From positions 76,712,129-76,776,128 of the forward strand of contig NC_057718.1 of the NCBI RefSeq assembly GCF_004010195.1: a DNA stretch of 64,000 nt. Direction: 5' to 3'. This DNA is from Chiloscyllium plagiosum. Its lineage: Eukaryota. How positions within the stretch are numbered: the first letter of the stretch is position 1; each line of letters opens with the position of its first letter. Shown here one piece after another: positions 13,781 to 26,056 of the stretch. Under the pieces are notes generated by a model. That model did no database searches, was not told the origin of the DNA, and saw nothing but the letters and a program-made list of their open reading frames with translations. The translations under genes were made by a program, and so were the position numbers.

Positions 13781-14530
13781 CCAACCCAACCACCCCGTGG
13801 CTCAACACTTCAACTCCCCCTCCCACTCCACCAAGGACATGCAGGTCCTTGGACTCCTCCATCGCCAGACCATAGCAACATGACGGTTGGAGGAAGAGCG
13901 CCTCATCTTCCGCCTAGGAACCCTCCAACCACAAGGGATGAACACAGATNNNNNNNNNNNNNNNNNNNNNNNNNNNNNNNNNNNNNNNNNNNNNNNNNNN
14001 NNNNNNNNNNNNNNNNNNNNNNNNNNNNNNNNNNNNNNNNNNNNNNNNNNNNNNNNNNNNNNNNNNNNNNNNNNNNNNNNNNNNNNNNNNNNNNNNNNNN
14101 NNNNNNNNNNNNNNNNNNNNNNNNNNNNNNNNNNNNNNNNNNNNNNNNNNNNNNNNNNNNNNNNNNNNNNNNNNNNNNNNNNNNNNNNNNNNNNNNNNNN
14201 NNNNNNNNNNNNNNNNNNNNNNNNNNNNNNNNNNNNNNNNNNNNNNNNNNNNNNNNNNNNNNNNNNNNNNNNNNNNNNNNNNNNNNNNNNNNNNNNNNNN
14301 NNNNNNNNNNNNNNNNNNNNNNNNNNNNNNNNTTCCAATGCCCCTCGCCCAAGTCCCTCCTCCCTACCTTTTATCTTAGCCTGCTGGACACACTTTCCTC
14401 ATTCCTGAAGAAGAGCTTATGCCCGAAACGTTGATTCTCCTGTTCCTTGGATGCTGCCTGACCTGCTGCGCTTTTCCAGCAACACATTTTCAGCTCTGAT
14501 CTCCAGCATCTGCAGTCCTCACTTTCTCCT
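13781..14530 (+). mobile_element. Penelope-like element 3' part (GIY-YIG C-terminus plus terminus with tail), spanning gap 13950-14332
   Basis: VAQHFNSPSHSTKDMQVLGL...LEEERLIFRLGTLQPQGMN; the terminus has CTGAAGA...GAAACG and tail GATCTCCAGCATCTGCAGTCCTCACTTTCTCC. Confidence 0.9.
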
Positions 14531-14652
14531 TGAAGAGGTTCATGAAGGGCAAAGTCCCAGCATCTTTGATGGCTAGCATGCTTTAGTGGGATGCTGGTCC
14601 TCCCCTGAAGTATTGCCAGTAAGAGTCATCCAGTTAAGGAGGTTGGCAGACT

Positions 14653-14985
14653 TTAGATTAGATTAGATTACATTAGATTAGATTACATTACAGCGTGGAA
14701 ACAGGCCCTTCGGCCCAACAAGTCCACACCGACCCGCCGAAGCGCAAACTACCCATGCCCCTACATTTACCCCTTACCTAACACTACGGGCAATTTAGCA
14801 TGGCCAATTCACCTGACCTGCACATCTTTGGACTGTGGGAGGAAACCGGAGCACCCGGAGGAAACCCACGCAGACACGGGGAGAACGTGCAAACTCCACA
14901 CAGTCAGTCGCCTGAGGCAGGAATTGAACCCAGGTCTCAGGCGCTGTGAGGCAGCAGTGCTAACCACTGTGCCACCGTGCCGCCC
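14653..14985 (-). mobile_element. Full-length HE1/V-SINE
   Basis: tRNA-like head (GGTGGCACAGTGG, GGTTCAATTCC), V-domain GTGGAGTTTGCACGTTCTCCCCGTGTCTGCGTGGGTTTCCTCCGGG, CR1-like 3' end and (TCTAA)n tail. Confidence 0.9.
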
Positions 14986-16568
14986 ACTTCTACAGTGCTA
15001 GCCCAATAAGAGGGCTGACAGCTCTTGCAGTCTCAGAAGTAACATTGAGACAGGTGACCACTAGTGTGGCAACAAGGAAAGTGGGAAGTCTCCTCCTCGT
15101 AGAGGTAGCAAAGCTTTTAATTTTGCTGGGACCATCAGTCAGGCTCCTTCCATGCGCTATAAACTTTCTAGCTGGCTTATGCCCTGCTGGGGAGGGAACC
15201 TCTATGCAATTTGGCAGGGAGCTACGCCATCAGAAAAAAGCCAGCAGTCCATGAACTTTGGCCTTTAATTTTTCAGATTGGTCTGTGGGCAGCTGCAGCA
15301 CTGCTGTACCCAACAGTGAGATACTTTTCCAGTAGCACGGCTGCATGCAGCTGTTCCATTGCAACTACCTAGCATTTTATCCATCTGGTTGTCCCAAGGC
15401 TGTTAAAATCCTAACTGTTTTAGTTAGAAATGAATGAATGATCTTATTATCAAGTGTATTTTACAGTGAGAAAAAAAAAGTAAAATACAGTGAAAAGCTT
15501 TTCCACTATCGCCATGATCCAGCAACCTTTGAATAGCTTTGAGAATAAGAAAATAAATAAAGATATAGCTTGAAGTGAATCCATTAGTCCTGAGCCAGCT
15601 CATCATCAATGATAGCTTGCTGCCAGCTCTCTTCCATTGACTCGCTACTGTCTACACCAGACCCAACCAACATTGAAGTCGCTGCTCATCAGATGGCATC
15701 TCTCACTGCTGGGCAGATTCTCCTTCATCATCAACCTCACTACTGCCTGCACCAGACCCACCAATGTCAGAGTCACATTGTGCAGATTTTGCAGCTGATG
15801 ATGAAGGCTGCTGGAGAATAGTGAAAAGTGGGTTAGGGTAATGGCATCTCTAGTATCTCATTGTTGTTGAGTAGTTCGAAGGTCTGATTACAGTTATTTG
15901 CTACTGTAATCAACCATTGGATTCCTGTATATCGAGTACTGAGATAATTTTGTATCAAAAGAAAAGGTTGATTGTTCATAATGTGGTTTAAAGTTTAAGT
16001 TACCAACAAAGATAATGTTATATCAATAGCACTTTTAGTCTTTTGTCTTAAAAATGAAATCACAATTTTTCATCCTTTTAGCTTTAGTTGTCAGTCTCTT
16101 CAGATATTTAGAAAGTATTATGTGTTAAGTGGTCACAATTTTCTCACCAAGTTCACAGCAACCAGTAGGTCGTCTGCATGCACCACATGTTCCAAAGCAT
16201 GATGAATTCAATTCCATTCCTCTTATGCCTTGACTTCCATCTGATCCCTTTCATGTCTTAGCTGACATTCTTCCAATGCACCCATTATGTTAATCCACAT
16301 TAGCTGAGCAGGTCATTGGTCATGATGACATTTTGGATGGACTCCTATGCTTTTTAATAGCCTTGCTGTGCTCCACCTCGCTGATGCTCCCGTGATCTTT
16401 CCTCCTCTGCTTCCACTACCTCTTCTTCCACAGTCATTTCCTCACCACTTCCTCTGAGGTTAGGGATGCTTCCTCATCCTCCTCTGCCTTAAATGCCAGA
16501 GCCTTTGGAAGCACCAAGTTATGAAGGATACTGCAAACAATAATAAACCTTGCTTACTGCAAAGATTT

Positions 16569-16765
16569 GAGGAGAAAGTGAGGTCTGCAGATGCTGGAGA
16601 TCAAAGTTGAAACTTTATTGCTGGAACAGCACAGCAGGTCAGGCAGCATCCAGGGAACAGGAGATTCGACGTTTCGGGCACAGGCCCTGTGCCCGAAACG
16701 TCGAATCTCCTGTTCCCTGGATGCTGCCTGACCTGCTGTGCTGTTCCAGCAATAAAGTTTCAACT
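16569..16765. mobile_element. Fold-back Penelope-terminus mini-element with perfect 80-bp arms and TSD
   Basis: Arms 16605-16684 and 16686-16765; TACTGCAAAGATTT at 16555-16568 and 16765-16778. Confidence 0.9.
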
Positions 16766-17419
16766 ACTGCAAAGATTTCCCTAAGCAGTGTGACATCTGA
16801 AGCACAACTTCAGAAGGCCAATGCTGCTAAATGAATGTTCCTGCGTGACGGGAGCACTCATTATACCTTCACTGTGTGCCGTTTAAATTTGATGGTGTGA
16901 GCAGCCAACTCCTTGGATGATGTCCCCTCTCCCCGAGGATCCATCTGTCCAATAATGGGGTTGGTCTGAACAGTCAAGTAATCTGATTTCTTATTGATTA
17001 AAGAATCATAACAACTATCAGGTTAACAGACACAAACATATATGTACATTCAAAGAGGAAGGTTTTTCTGTTGATATAGTAGTCTGGATTCTTTGCAGGA
17101 GCTTTTATTGTAACAAGGATGCCCAATACCTATGCAAGTTCAGACAGTAAATTGGTTGAAATTTGAGTTTTGAAATTAAGGCTGCATTATTTTACTGTTT
17201 CGCATTTTGCAGAAGATGAAGTCTGTCCCATTACCTTTCTGTGGTTAACAGCTCCACTGGTGTTATAGGAAATTAGTTCACTAACCCTGGAGAAAAGCTA
17301 TTGATCACAACACATTCATATAGCAACATCTTGGGGAGTTGACTACATTAAATATAGTGTGAATCTTCACAGAGTCCTCACAGATCTGCACAAAAACAAT
17401 TTGGAGGACTGAGAGGGAA

Positions 17420-17750
17420 GGGTGGTATGATGGCTCAGTGGTCAATACTGCTGCCTCACAGTGTTAGAGACCTGGGTTGTACTCCACCCTTGGCTGACTG
17501 TCTGTGTGGAGTTTGCACATTCTCTCTTTGTCTTTGTGGGATTTTGCCAGGTGCTTCAGACTCCCCCTCCCCAGTCTAAATATGTGCAGGTTAGGTGGAT
17601 TAGCAATGATAAATTGTACGTGGTATTAATGATGTGCAGGCGAGGGTTATGGAGATAGATTGGGAGAATTAGGCCTAGGTGGGATACTCTTTGGAGGGTC
17701 AGTGCAGACTTGTTGGGCTGACTGGCCTCTTTCGGTTGGGATTCTATGAT
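17420..17750 (+). mobile_element. Older HE1/V-SINE
   Basis: TGGCTCAGTGG head, GTGGAGTTTGCACATTCTC V-domain, ATTCTATGA end. Confidence 0.8.
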
Positions 17751-18459
17751 AAATATATATGCATATAACTCATTTTGTTTTCAGATGTTTCATACACTGT
17801 AGAAGGTTTGGAAAAATAAGTTTGGAAGTGGATTATTTTCCATGAACTGTATCCATGCATTTGGTTTTCAACCTTATGTTCCTGCCACAAAACCTGAGAG
17901 TCCTCATTAAAATTAAAGTTACACTAAATTGCATAAATCTTGAGTTATTAACAAAAACTAGAGATTCTGATTTAGGATTTATCCATCAGTGATGCTGAAA
18001 TGCTATAAATGGTTCCAGGCATACAAAAATCATACTAGACCAACAAGCAAGACAATGGAATCACCAGAGTTAGGGAAACAATGTATCAGCATTCTTTGCA
18101 GCATTGGTTCAGTAATAACAATATTAAGTAAAATAAGTAACATTTGGAAATAACTGATACTGGTACGAATTAGAGTTCCACTTTAATGTATAGAAGATCA
18201 GTTCAGGCCCTTAGCAGTAATTTTCTAGCTTTAAATTTGTGTATCAAGGAATCATGTCTGTCAAGCAGAAACATCATTGCCATGTCCAGATCTAACTCAT
18301 GCAACTCACAACTTTATGCAAAAATTGTAAAGCTAATGAAAAATAGTTGAAGTGATCAATAACATTTTGGAGAGCAGGAAAGGTTTAAAGAAGTGCCACA
18401 GATTGTAGTATTGCCAATGTCTCAGTTCATGATGGACCCGACAACTTAAAAGACAAGGC

Positions 18460-19420
18460 GTCAAAGAGTCATCCAGCATAGAAACAGGTCCTTTGACCCA
18501 TAATGTCTATCCCCACCAACAAACATCAAACTACACTAATTCCACTTACCTGTACTTGATCCATAGCCTACTATGGCCCAACATTTTACATACTCATCCA
18601 CACGTTTCTTAAATGCTGCAGGAGTATCTGCCTCCACAACCCTCATGGTTGCACGATATCAGCCTTTGGGTGAAAGAAACCTTTCTCTTCACCTTAAACT
18701 TATGCCTCTAGTCTTAGACACGTTTGCCATGGGAATGATTCTCCCCATCTACCCTGTCTATGACTCTCATAATTTTGTATACCTCAATCAGATCTTCGCT
18801 CAACCTCCTCTGCTTCAAGTAAAACAAATCCAGGCTATCCAGTCTCGCCTTATAACTGAGATTTTTCTTCCCAGGCAACATCCTGGTGAATCTCCTTGTG
18901 CCCTCTCTAATGCAATCATGTCCTTCTGATAGTGTGATGACAAGGACTGCACATTGTATCCCATCTGTGGCCTAACAAATGTTTTAAAAATTGTAACAAG
19001 CTCCTATATTCTACACCACAATTAATGAAGCCCAAGCATCCCAAATGCCTTCCTCACCACACAATCAACCCACTCTGACACCTCCAGGGATCAATGGACT
19101 TGTACACCCAAGTCACTCTGTTTCTCAGTACTCCTTAGGGGCTTACCCCCATTGTGTATAACCTTCCTCAAACCTTCCAAATTGCATCACCTCACACCTA
19201 TCGGGATTAAATTCCACCTGACATTGCTCTGCCCAATTTACCAACTGATCAATACCAGACTGTAGTCTGAGACCATCTTGGTCTCTATCAACAATATCCC
19301 TAATTTTCCCTCATCTTTCCTATAGAACAGCGATCAGAATTGTACATGGTATACCAAAAGTGGCCTCACTGATGTCCTGTACAGCTGCAACATGGCATCC
19401 CAATTGCTATATTCAAATGT
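18460..19420 (-). mobile_element. Decayed CR1 3' fragment(s)
   Basis: Reverse complement resembles CR1 ORF2 C-terminus and 3'UTR as at 1-515. Confidence 0.7.
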
Positions 19421-19732
19421 TCCCACCATTGAATATGCAGGTGACTGCATGCAACTCAGCACTCGTGCTTGGACCACACTTGTTAAGCTGGATTGAATAA
19501 TTGAGTCCTAATCATTCATCTTCCCTTAAAAGCAGTCTTTGAGGGTATTTACGGCACCCTGGTAGTGTCCATAAGCTTGGACTGGGAGGCCTGGGTTCAA
19601 ATCCTGATAACATCTCTGAACAGGCTGAATAGAAAATAGGTTAAATTAAAAAAAAATATAAGCAGTTTTTGAAGGTTCTTGTAGTACAGTAATAGTGTCT
19701 CCAACTCTGGACAAGGAGGCCCAAGTTCAACC

Positions 19733-20310
19733 AGGGGCAGCACGGTGGCTCAGTGGCTAGCACAGTAGCTTCACAGCGCCAAGGACCTGGGTTCAATTCC
19801 AACCTCGGGAGACTCTCTGCATAGAGTTTGCATGTTCTCCCCGTATCTATGTGGGTCTCCTCTCACAATCCAAAGATGTGCAGGTCAGGTGAATTGGCTA
19901 TGCTAAATTGTCCATAGTGTTCAGGGATGTGTAAGTTAGGTGCATTAGTGAGGGGTAAATATCGAGTAATTGGGTAGGGGAATGGGTTTGGGTGGAATAC
20001 TCTTCGGACTTGTTGGGCCGAATGGTCTGTTCCAAGCTGTAGGGATTCTATGAACTGTCAGAAAAAAAATGGGATGGCATGGTGGCTCAGTGGTTAGCAC
20101 TGCTGCCTCACAGCGCCAGGGACCTGTGTCTGTGTGGGTTTCCTCCGAGTGCTCCATTTTCCTCTCATAATCCAAAGATGTGCAGATTAGGTGAATTGCC
20201 CATAGTGTTAGGTGCATTAGTCAGGATAAATCTGGGTGGGTTACTCTGTGGAGGGTCAGTGTGGACTTGTTGGGCTGAAGGGCCTGTTTCCGTACTGTAG
20301 AGAATCTAAT
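19733..20310 (+). mobile_element. Two tandem HE1/V-SINEs nested in a short tRNA-SINE
   Basis: Heads at about 19733 and 20070 (GGTGGCTCAGTGG); tails ATTCTATGA and AATCTAATCT; the host SINE is split at about 19730/20311. Confidence 0.8.
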
Positions 20311-20479
20311 CTTCCACTTGCTCCAGAGGTTTATAATAACAGGTGGATGAAAAAGAAAGCAGTCATTGATGGAAAAGAAATACTCCAAGGAGCATTTCAA
20401 TCCACAATTCTTGATTTACTATTACCCTATCTGAACATATTGATAAGGAAACAGTCCTTCCACTGCAAAACATGCTACG

Positions 20480-21170
20480 GGCACAGAAAAGAACAAATGC
20501 TGGAGATCACAGCTGATCAGACACCTTCCGTGGAGAGAAAGTCCAGATAACTCTTTTTCAGAGCTAAAGTGACATATGGAGGGCGAAGCATTTACGCTGT
20601 AGCTGAGTTGGGGGGGGGTGATTGTTGGAGGAAGGGAGTCAGGATGCAAAGTGCTTCTGGAGAAAATATGTTGCTATTTCACATTAAGTGACTGCAATGT
20701 GAGAATGGCAGAACAATGGTTGTCTAACTGCCAGACTTTAAAGAGAATATAGTCCTGTTGGAATGGGGGGAGGGAAGATGTGATTCACTGGAGCAATGAA
20801 GCATGCCAAGGACAGACAAGTTGGCATGCGAGCAGGACACTGTGTTGAAAAGACCAGCTACGGGAAGGTCAGGGTCATACTTGTGCACAGACCAGAGGTG
20901 TTCTGCAAAGCAGTCACCCAGACTGCATTTGGTTTCTCCAATGTAGAGTAGGCCACATTGGGTGCAGTGAATGCAATACCCAAGATTGGAGGAGGTACAG
21001 GTGAAATGCTGCTTCACCTGGAAAGACTTGGATGGTGAGCAGGGAGGAGGTGAAGGGGCTAGTGTTGCACCTTCTGCGGTTACATGGGAAGGTGTCCTGG
21101 GAAGAGAAAGTGGTGTTAGTGGTCATGGAATGGACTAGGGTATCCCAGAGGGAACAGTCCTGCGAAATGC
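20480..21170 (-). mobile_element. Penelope-like element GIY-YIG fragment
   Basis: FPCNRRRCNT...FTCTSSNLGYCIHCTQCGLLYIGETK: CxxC followed by YIGET, the PLE endonuclease layout. Confidence 0.88.
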
Positions 21171-21344
21171 AGATCAGACATGATTATGTTTTGGCTCAAA
21201 AGGCCATATTTCCTGCTTCTGATAGCTGTGACCCTATGTTTCAAGCTTACATGAAACAACATCAAAGCCATTCATGTACTTATGACCCTATCTAACATGA
21301 AAGCATTGGCATTGTTCTTCAGCACTAATAGTTAGGCTAGGGGC

Positions 21345-23720
21345 TCGGGGCAAATGTGCTAAAGGATTGTAAGGACCAGAGGGGATTCTTGACACAATAC
21401 GTAAACAGTCCAATCAGGAAAGGGGTTATACTGGACCTAGTTTTGGGAAATGAGCCCAGCCAGATGAGTGAAATTTCAGTAGGGGAGCATTTCAGGAGTA
21501 GTGACCATAATACCATGAGTTTTAAGATACTCATGGATAGGGATAACAGCAGTCATCGGGTGAAGGTGTTAAATTGGGGGAAGGCAAACTACAACAAAAT
21601 TAGGCAGGAACTGGAGAATTTTCATTGGAGGCAGCATTTTGAGGGCAAATCTACATTGGACATACAGTATTGGAGCATTTCAAACAGGAGTTGACAAGAG
21701 TACAGGCATGGCACATTCCTGTGAGAGTGAAGGATACCTTTGGCAAGTTACGTGAACCTTGGATGACCAGGCATGTTATGACCTTGGTCAGAAAGAAAAG
21801 GGAAGCATATGTAAGGTCTGGGAGGATGGGAACTGATGAAACCCTTGAAGTATATATGGAAAGTAGGAAACAAATTAAGCAGGGAATTAGAAGGGCTAAA
21901 AGGGGTCATGAAAAGTCATTAGCAAACAAGATTAAGGAGAATCCCAAGGCTTTTTATATGTATATAAAAGCAAGAGGATTGCCAGGGAAAGAATTGTTCC
22001 ACTCAAGGACAAAGCAGGGAATCTATGCGTGGAGTCAGAAGAAGTAGGTAAGGCCCTAAACGACTACTTTGTGTTTGTATTCACCAAAATAAACAAATTG
22101 GTGGAGGATGATCTCAAGGAAGGGAGTGTCGAGTTTCTCAGCCAAGTTGCTACTAAAAAGGAAGAGGTATTATGCACCTTAAAAAGTATTAATGTAGATA
22201 AATCCCAAGGGCCTAATGGGATCTATCCTAGAATATTGAGGAAGGCAAGAGAACAAATTGCTAGAGCATTGACAGACATCTTTGTATCCTCTTTGGCCAC
22301 ACGTGAGGTCCCAGAGGATTGGAGAATAGACAATATTCTCCCATTGTTTAAGAAGAGTAATAAGGATAATCCTGCAGATTACAATCCTGTGAGTATCTTG
22401 TCAGTGGTAGGGAAATTATTGGAAAAGATCCTCAGGGACAAGATCAATATGCATTTAGAAGCAAATGGACTTATTAGCAATAGACAGCCTGGTTTTGTAT
22501 GGGGAAGGTTGTGCCTCACTAACTTGATTAAGTTTTTTGAGGCGGTGACGAAGGTAATTGATGAGGGAAAAGTGATTGAAGTTGTCTGCACGGACTTCAG
22601 TAAGCCCTTTGACAAGGTCCCTCATGGCAGATTGGTACAAAAGGTGAAGTCATGTGGTATCAGGTATGAGCTGGCAAGATGAATACAAAACTGCTTAATC
22701 ATAGGATACAGAGGGTAGCAGTAGAAGGATATCTTTTGGAATGGAGGGCTGTGACTAGTGGTGTTCCACAAGGACCAATGCTGGGACCTCTGCTGCTCGT
22801 AATCTACATAAACAAATTGGAGGAAAACATAGTTTGTCTAACTAGTAAGTTTGCAAATGATCAAAGATTGATGGAGTTGCGGATGGTGAGGAGGATTGTC
22901 AGAAGATACAGCAGGATATAGACGTGATGGAGTCATGGGCAGAAAAATGGCAGATGGAGGTTAATCCGGACAAATGTGAGGTGAAGCATTTTGGAAGGTC
23001 AACTACAGGTGGAAATTATACAATGAATGGCAGAACCCTCAGGAGTATTGATATGCAGAGGGATCTGGATGTGCAGTCCCACAGATCACTGAAGGTGGCA
23101 GTGCAGTTAAATAAAATAGTAAAAAGGCTTATTGCATGCTTGCCTTCATTGGAAAGGGCTCTGGCCATAAGGGTACACAAGTTATGCTGCAGCTTTATAA
23201 AACTTTAGTTAGGCCTCACTTGGAATATTGCATACAGCTCTGGTCACCAGAAGGATGTGGATGCTTTGGAGAAGGTATGGAAAAGGTTTACCAGGATGTT
23301 GCCCAGGGGACTTTAGCTAGGAAGAAAGGTTGGCTAGTCTGGGTTCATTTTCATTGGAATGCAAGAGATTGAGGGGCGTCCTGATCGAAGTACACAAGAT
23401 TGTGAATGGCATGGATAAAATGGAAATTGAGGCTTTTTCCCAGGGTGGATGGGTCAATTATTAGAGGACATAGATTCAAGGTGTAAAGGGGGAGGTTGAA
23501 AAGAGATATATGAGGCATGTTTGTCACACAAAGATGATGAATACCTGGTGGAACGTGCTGCCAGAAGAGATGGTGGAACCAGCATTCAAGAAGCACCTGG
23601 ATGAAAACAAATAGAAAGAGAATAAAGGGGTGCGGATCCTGGAAGTGAAGACAGTTTTAGTATGGAAGGGTAAAATGTGTGGCACAGGCTTGGAGAGCTG
23701 AAGGGCCTGTTCTTATGTTT
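21345..23720 (+). mobile_element. Long 5'-truncated, frameshifted CR1 LINE (APE endonuclease end plus RT)
   Basis: Successive ORFs: QYVNSPIRKGVILDLVLGN..SDH, IKENPKAFY, PEDWR, DFSKPFDKVPH, SGVPQG, KFAND, VRPHLEYC. Confidence 0.93.
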
Positions 23721-26056
23721 TGTTTTTTGTTACTGTATAAAGATGCACAACAGGAATGGGAAAAATGCGCAGCAAAAATGTACAGCAAACAGCATTTGAC
23801 ACAGTTAAGGCAAGGCATCTCTGATAACTCTGAGCATTTCAAACCACAACTCAGAAATGTATTTTACAACAGATATGCCAAGAAATGTCATGCTCTCATG
23901 GTACATTGAAGAAAGTGAATGATCATTATTAGAAACTGAATCCAAATACTTTATAGAACAGTGAGAAATATTAACCTGAATCTACGTTTGTGAACATTAA
24001 CAATATGGTAGAAAGTTTATTCTCTGCATCGACATTCAAATGTTGACTACTTTGTGAGCCATGTCAAGATTTGCTCATTAATCTCTAAATGTCTATACAC
24101 AGCCAAATCATCTTCATGAGGTATGGTGAGATTTGGTGCAGCACCAGATGAGAATTCTGGTGAGGTCCAAGTGAAAGCATCTTGCTACATCTTTTATGCA
24201 TTTGCCGTGTGGCAAGGTATGTTTCTTGCTAGTCAGCAGGGACTTACCAAATAAAGGGGACTATTGCTTGTTAAATGCCCTATTAATGGCCCGATTCACC
24301 TCATTAATGTTCAGCTTCTTATCTTACCAAACACACCAAAGAAGCCAGACATTGAGAATACTCAACATTGAAATCAGAGCAGATACCTGGAAATTTCAGT
24401 TTACTGCTTGCTTTGAAGGACCTCCATGTTGGACAGTAGGCACCAACATCTCAGATCATGTTCCATGGGCACTGGCCATATTCATCGCATTTTTATGGAC
24501 ATTGGCATCTGATATGTGCCAGCCTCTAAGAACCTTATTGCACATCGTGGATTCACTTATAGTATACTTCTGCACTTCAAAGCTGCATCTATGGCTTCAC
24601 CAGCAAATATTATGTAAAGCTGCTAAAACAACACTTTATGCTCAGGGTCATGAACCCAGCTCATAGACTGGACTAGGCTCATAGTTTTCACAAACTGTGA
24701 GCCTATATTGATGTCATAGTATCTTGCTTTGCAGTGCTTTTTCTTGCCTTTTTGCGCTTTGTCCCCTCAGCCAGAGATATCAGGCTTAAATACTTCTGTC
24801 TTGCTTTGCTGTGAGGCCCAGACACATAGTCTGGAAGCTTGTCATAGTTGTCATGAGGCTTTAATCAAGTCAATGTAAACAGGTTCATTCATGGAGTCTA
24901 GCTCATTAAGTCAAGGGCAGCCTTTGATACAAGTACAGCGGACTGGACACAGTCGCTAAGCCAGCCAGACTCAGGATGCTCACCACATAATGGGTGAAGA
25001 CCCAAACGTCAGGAAGACCACCATTTATCTTGATGCTTTTGCTTTACTGGGGGCGGTTTCCCTTTAGGACAGAGAAAGGGGGAAGGAAAGGAGATGAAAG
25101 TAAGTGGCACAGCTTTTAATATTGACAGCTGTGTAGGTTACATGAGCAAGTGAGTAGGCAGTGCAGAGTTAGTGGTGTTGGGAGTTGGGGTAGGTGATAG
25201 TGAATGAGGAATGATGTTGCAGGCAATTGTAGAAGTGGTGGAGCATAAGCCTTGGTGGGAGGTCGATATAATGGTAGAAATAGGGGAAATGTGGCAAGTG
25301 GGAGAGAAGATGGTGACACGCTGACGGAGTGGCTTACATTGCTACATATTTCTCCAGATGGCTGAGACTGCATAGGCACGGGTAGCCTTGAACCAGGTTG
25401 GGACAATCTGGTGTCGTGGCTTCTGCTCCTGGTTATCAGAAAGAAGACATGACTTATCTGCACCACCCCACCAGTAGGACTTTTGTTCCCTAACTGCAGA
25501 GCAGGGTGCCTCTTCCTCCTTGTCTGCCATGTCTATGACATGGGCTGACAATGCTTGTCCAGGTACACAATGGCTTTTGAAGATGGTGCAAGTGTGAGGC
25601 ATGGCATTTTTTTGGTGGATATCTGATGAGTTGTTGCGTGAGTGTTGCGTGGTAAGACAGGGCTACAATCAGAACTGAGGGATGCCATAGGAGCAGGGTA
25701 ACTAGATAATGTGATGATTTTGGTAAGATACAGTGAGAAATCTCACTAGGCCTCTCAGTGAGAATCCATTCAAAAACGTAGATGCTGCTCAAACATAAGA
25801 TTCAGCCTTATGTGATCAGGGCAATTTCGTAAATGATCATAATTCTTGTTACATGAGTGGACTGGTAACGAACTATGCACAGCAGAGAAGAGGCTAGTAA
25901 CATAAAACTGAGTAGTTGCATGAAATAGAGGAAGAACTGGTTCTACACTACACAATACACAATGAACTCACGTTGTTTTTGATAATAACTACACTGCACG
26001 TGAAACTTGAATGGTTATTGCAAAAACAACATTTATTATATCATGCCTAGGAAGGA

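Noticed and set aside
14900..14985. tRNA-like A/B box sequences (also 19733, 20070, 37180)
   Set aside because: Heads of SINEs continuing into V-domain and LINE-like tails, not tRNA genes.
16554..16834. Two near-identical ORFs on opposite strands (MKLYCWNSTAGQAASREQE...)
   Set aside because: Mirror products of the palindrome; non-coding PLE terminus.
21356..23372. CR1 ORFs as an active or domesticated RT gene
   Set aside because: Multiple frameshifts and stops; catalytic FADD degraded to FAND.
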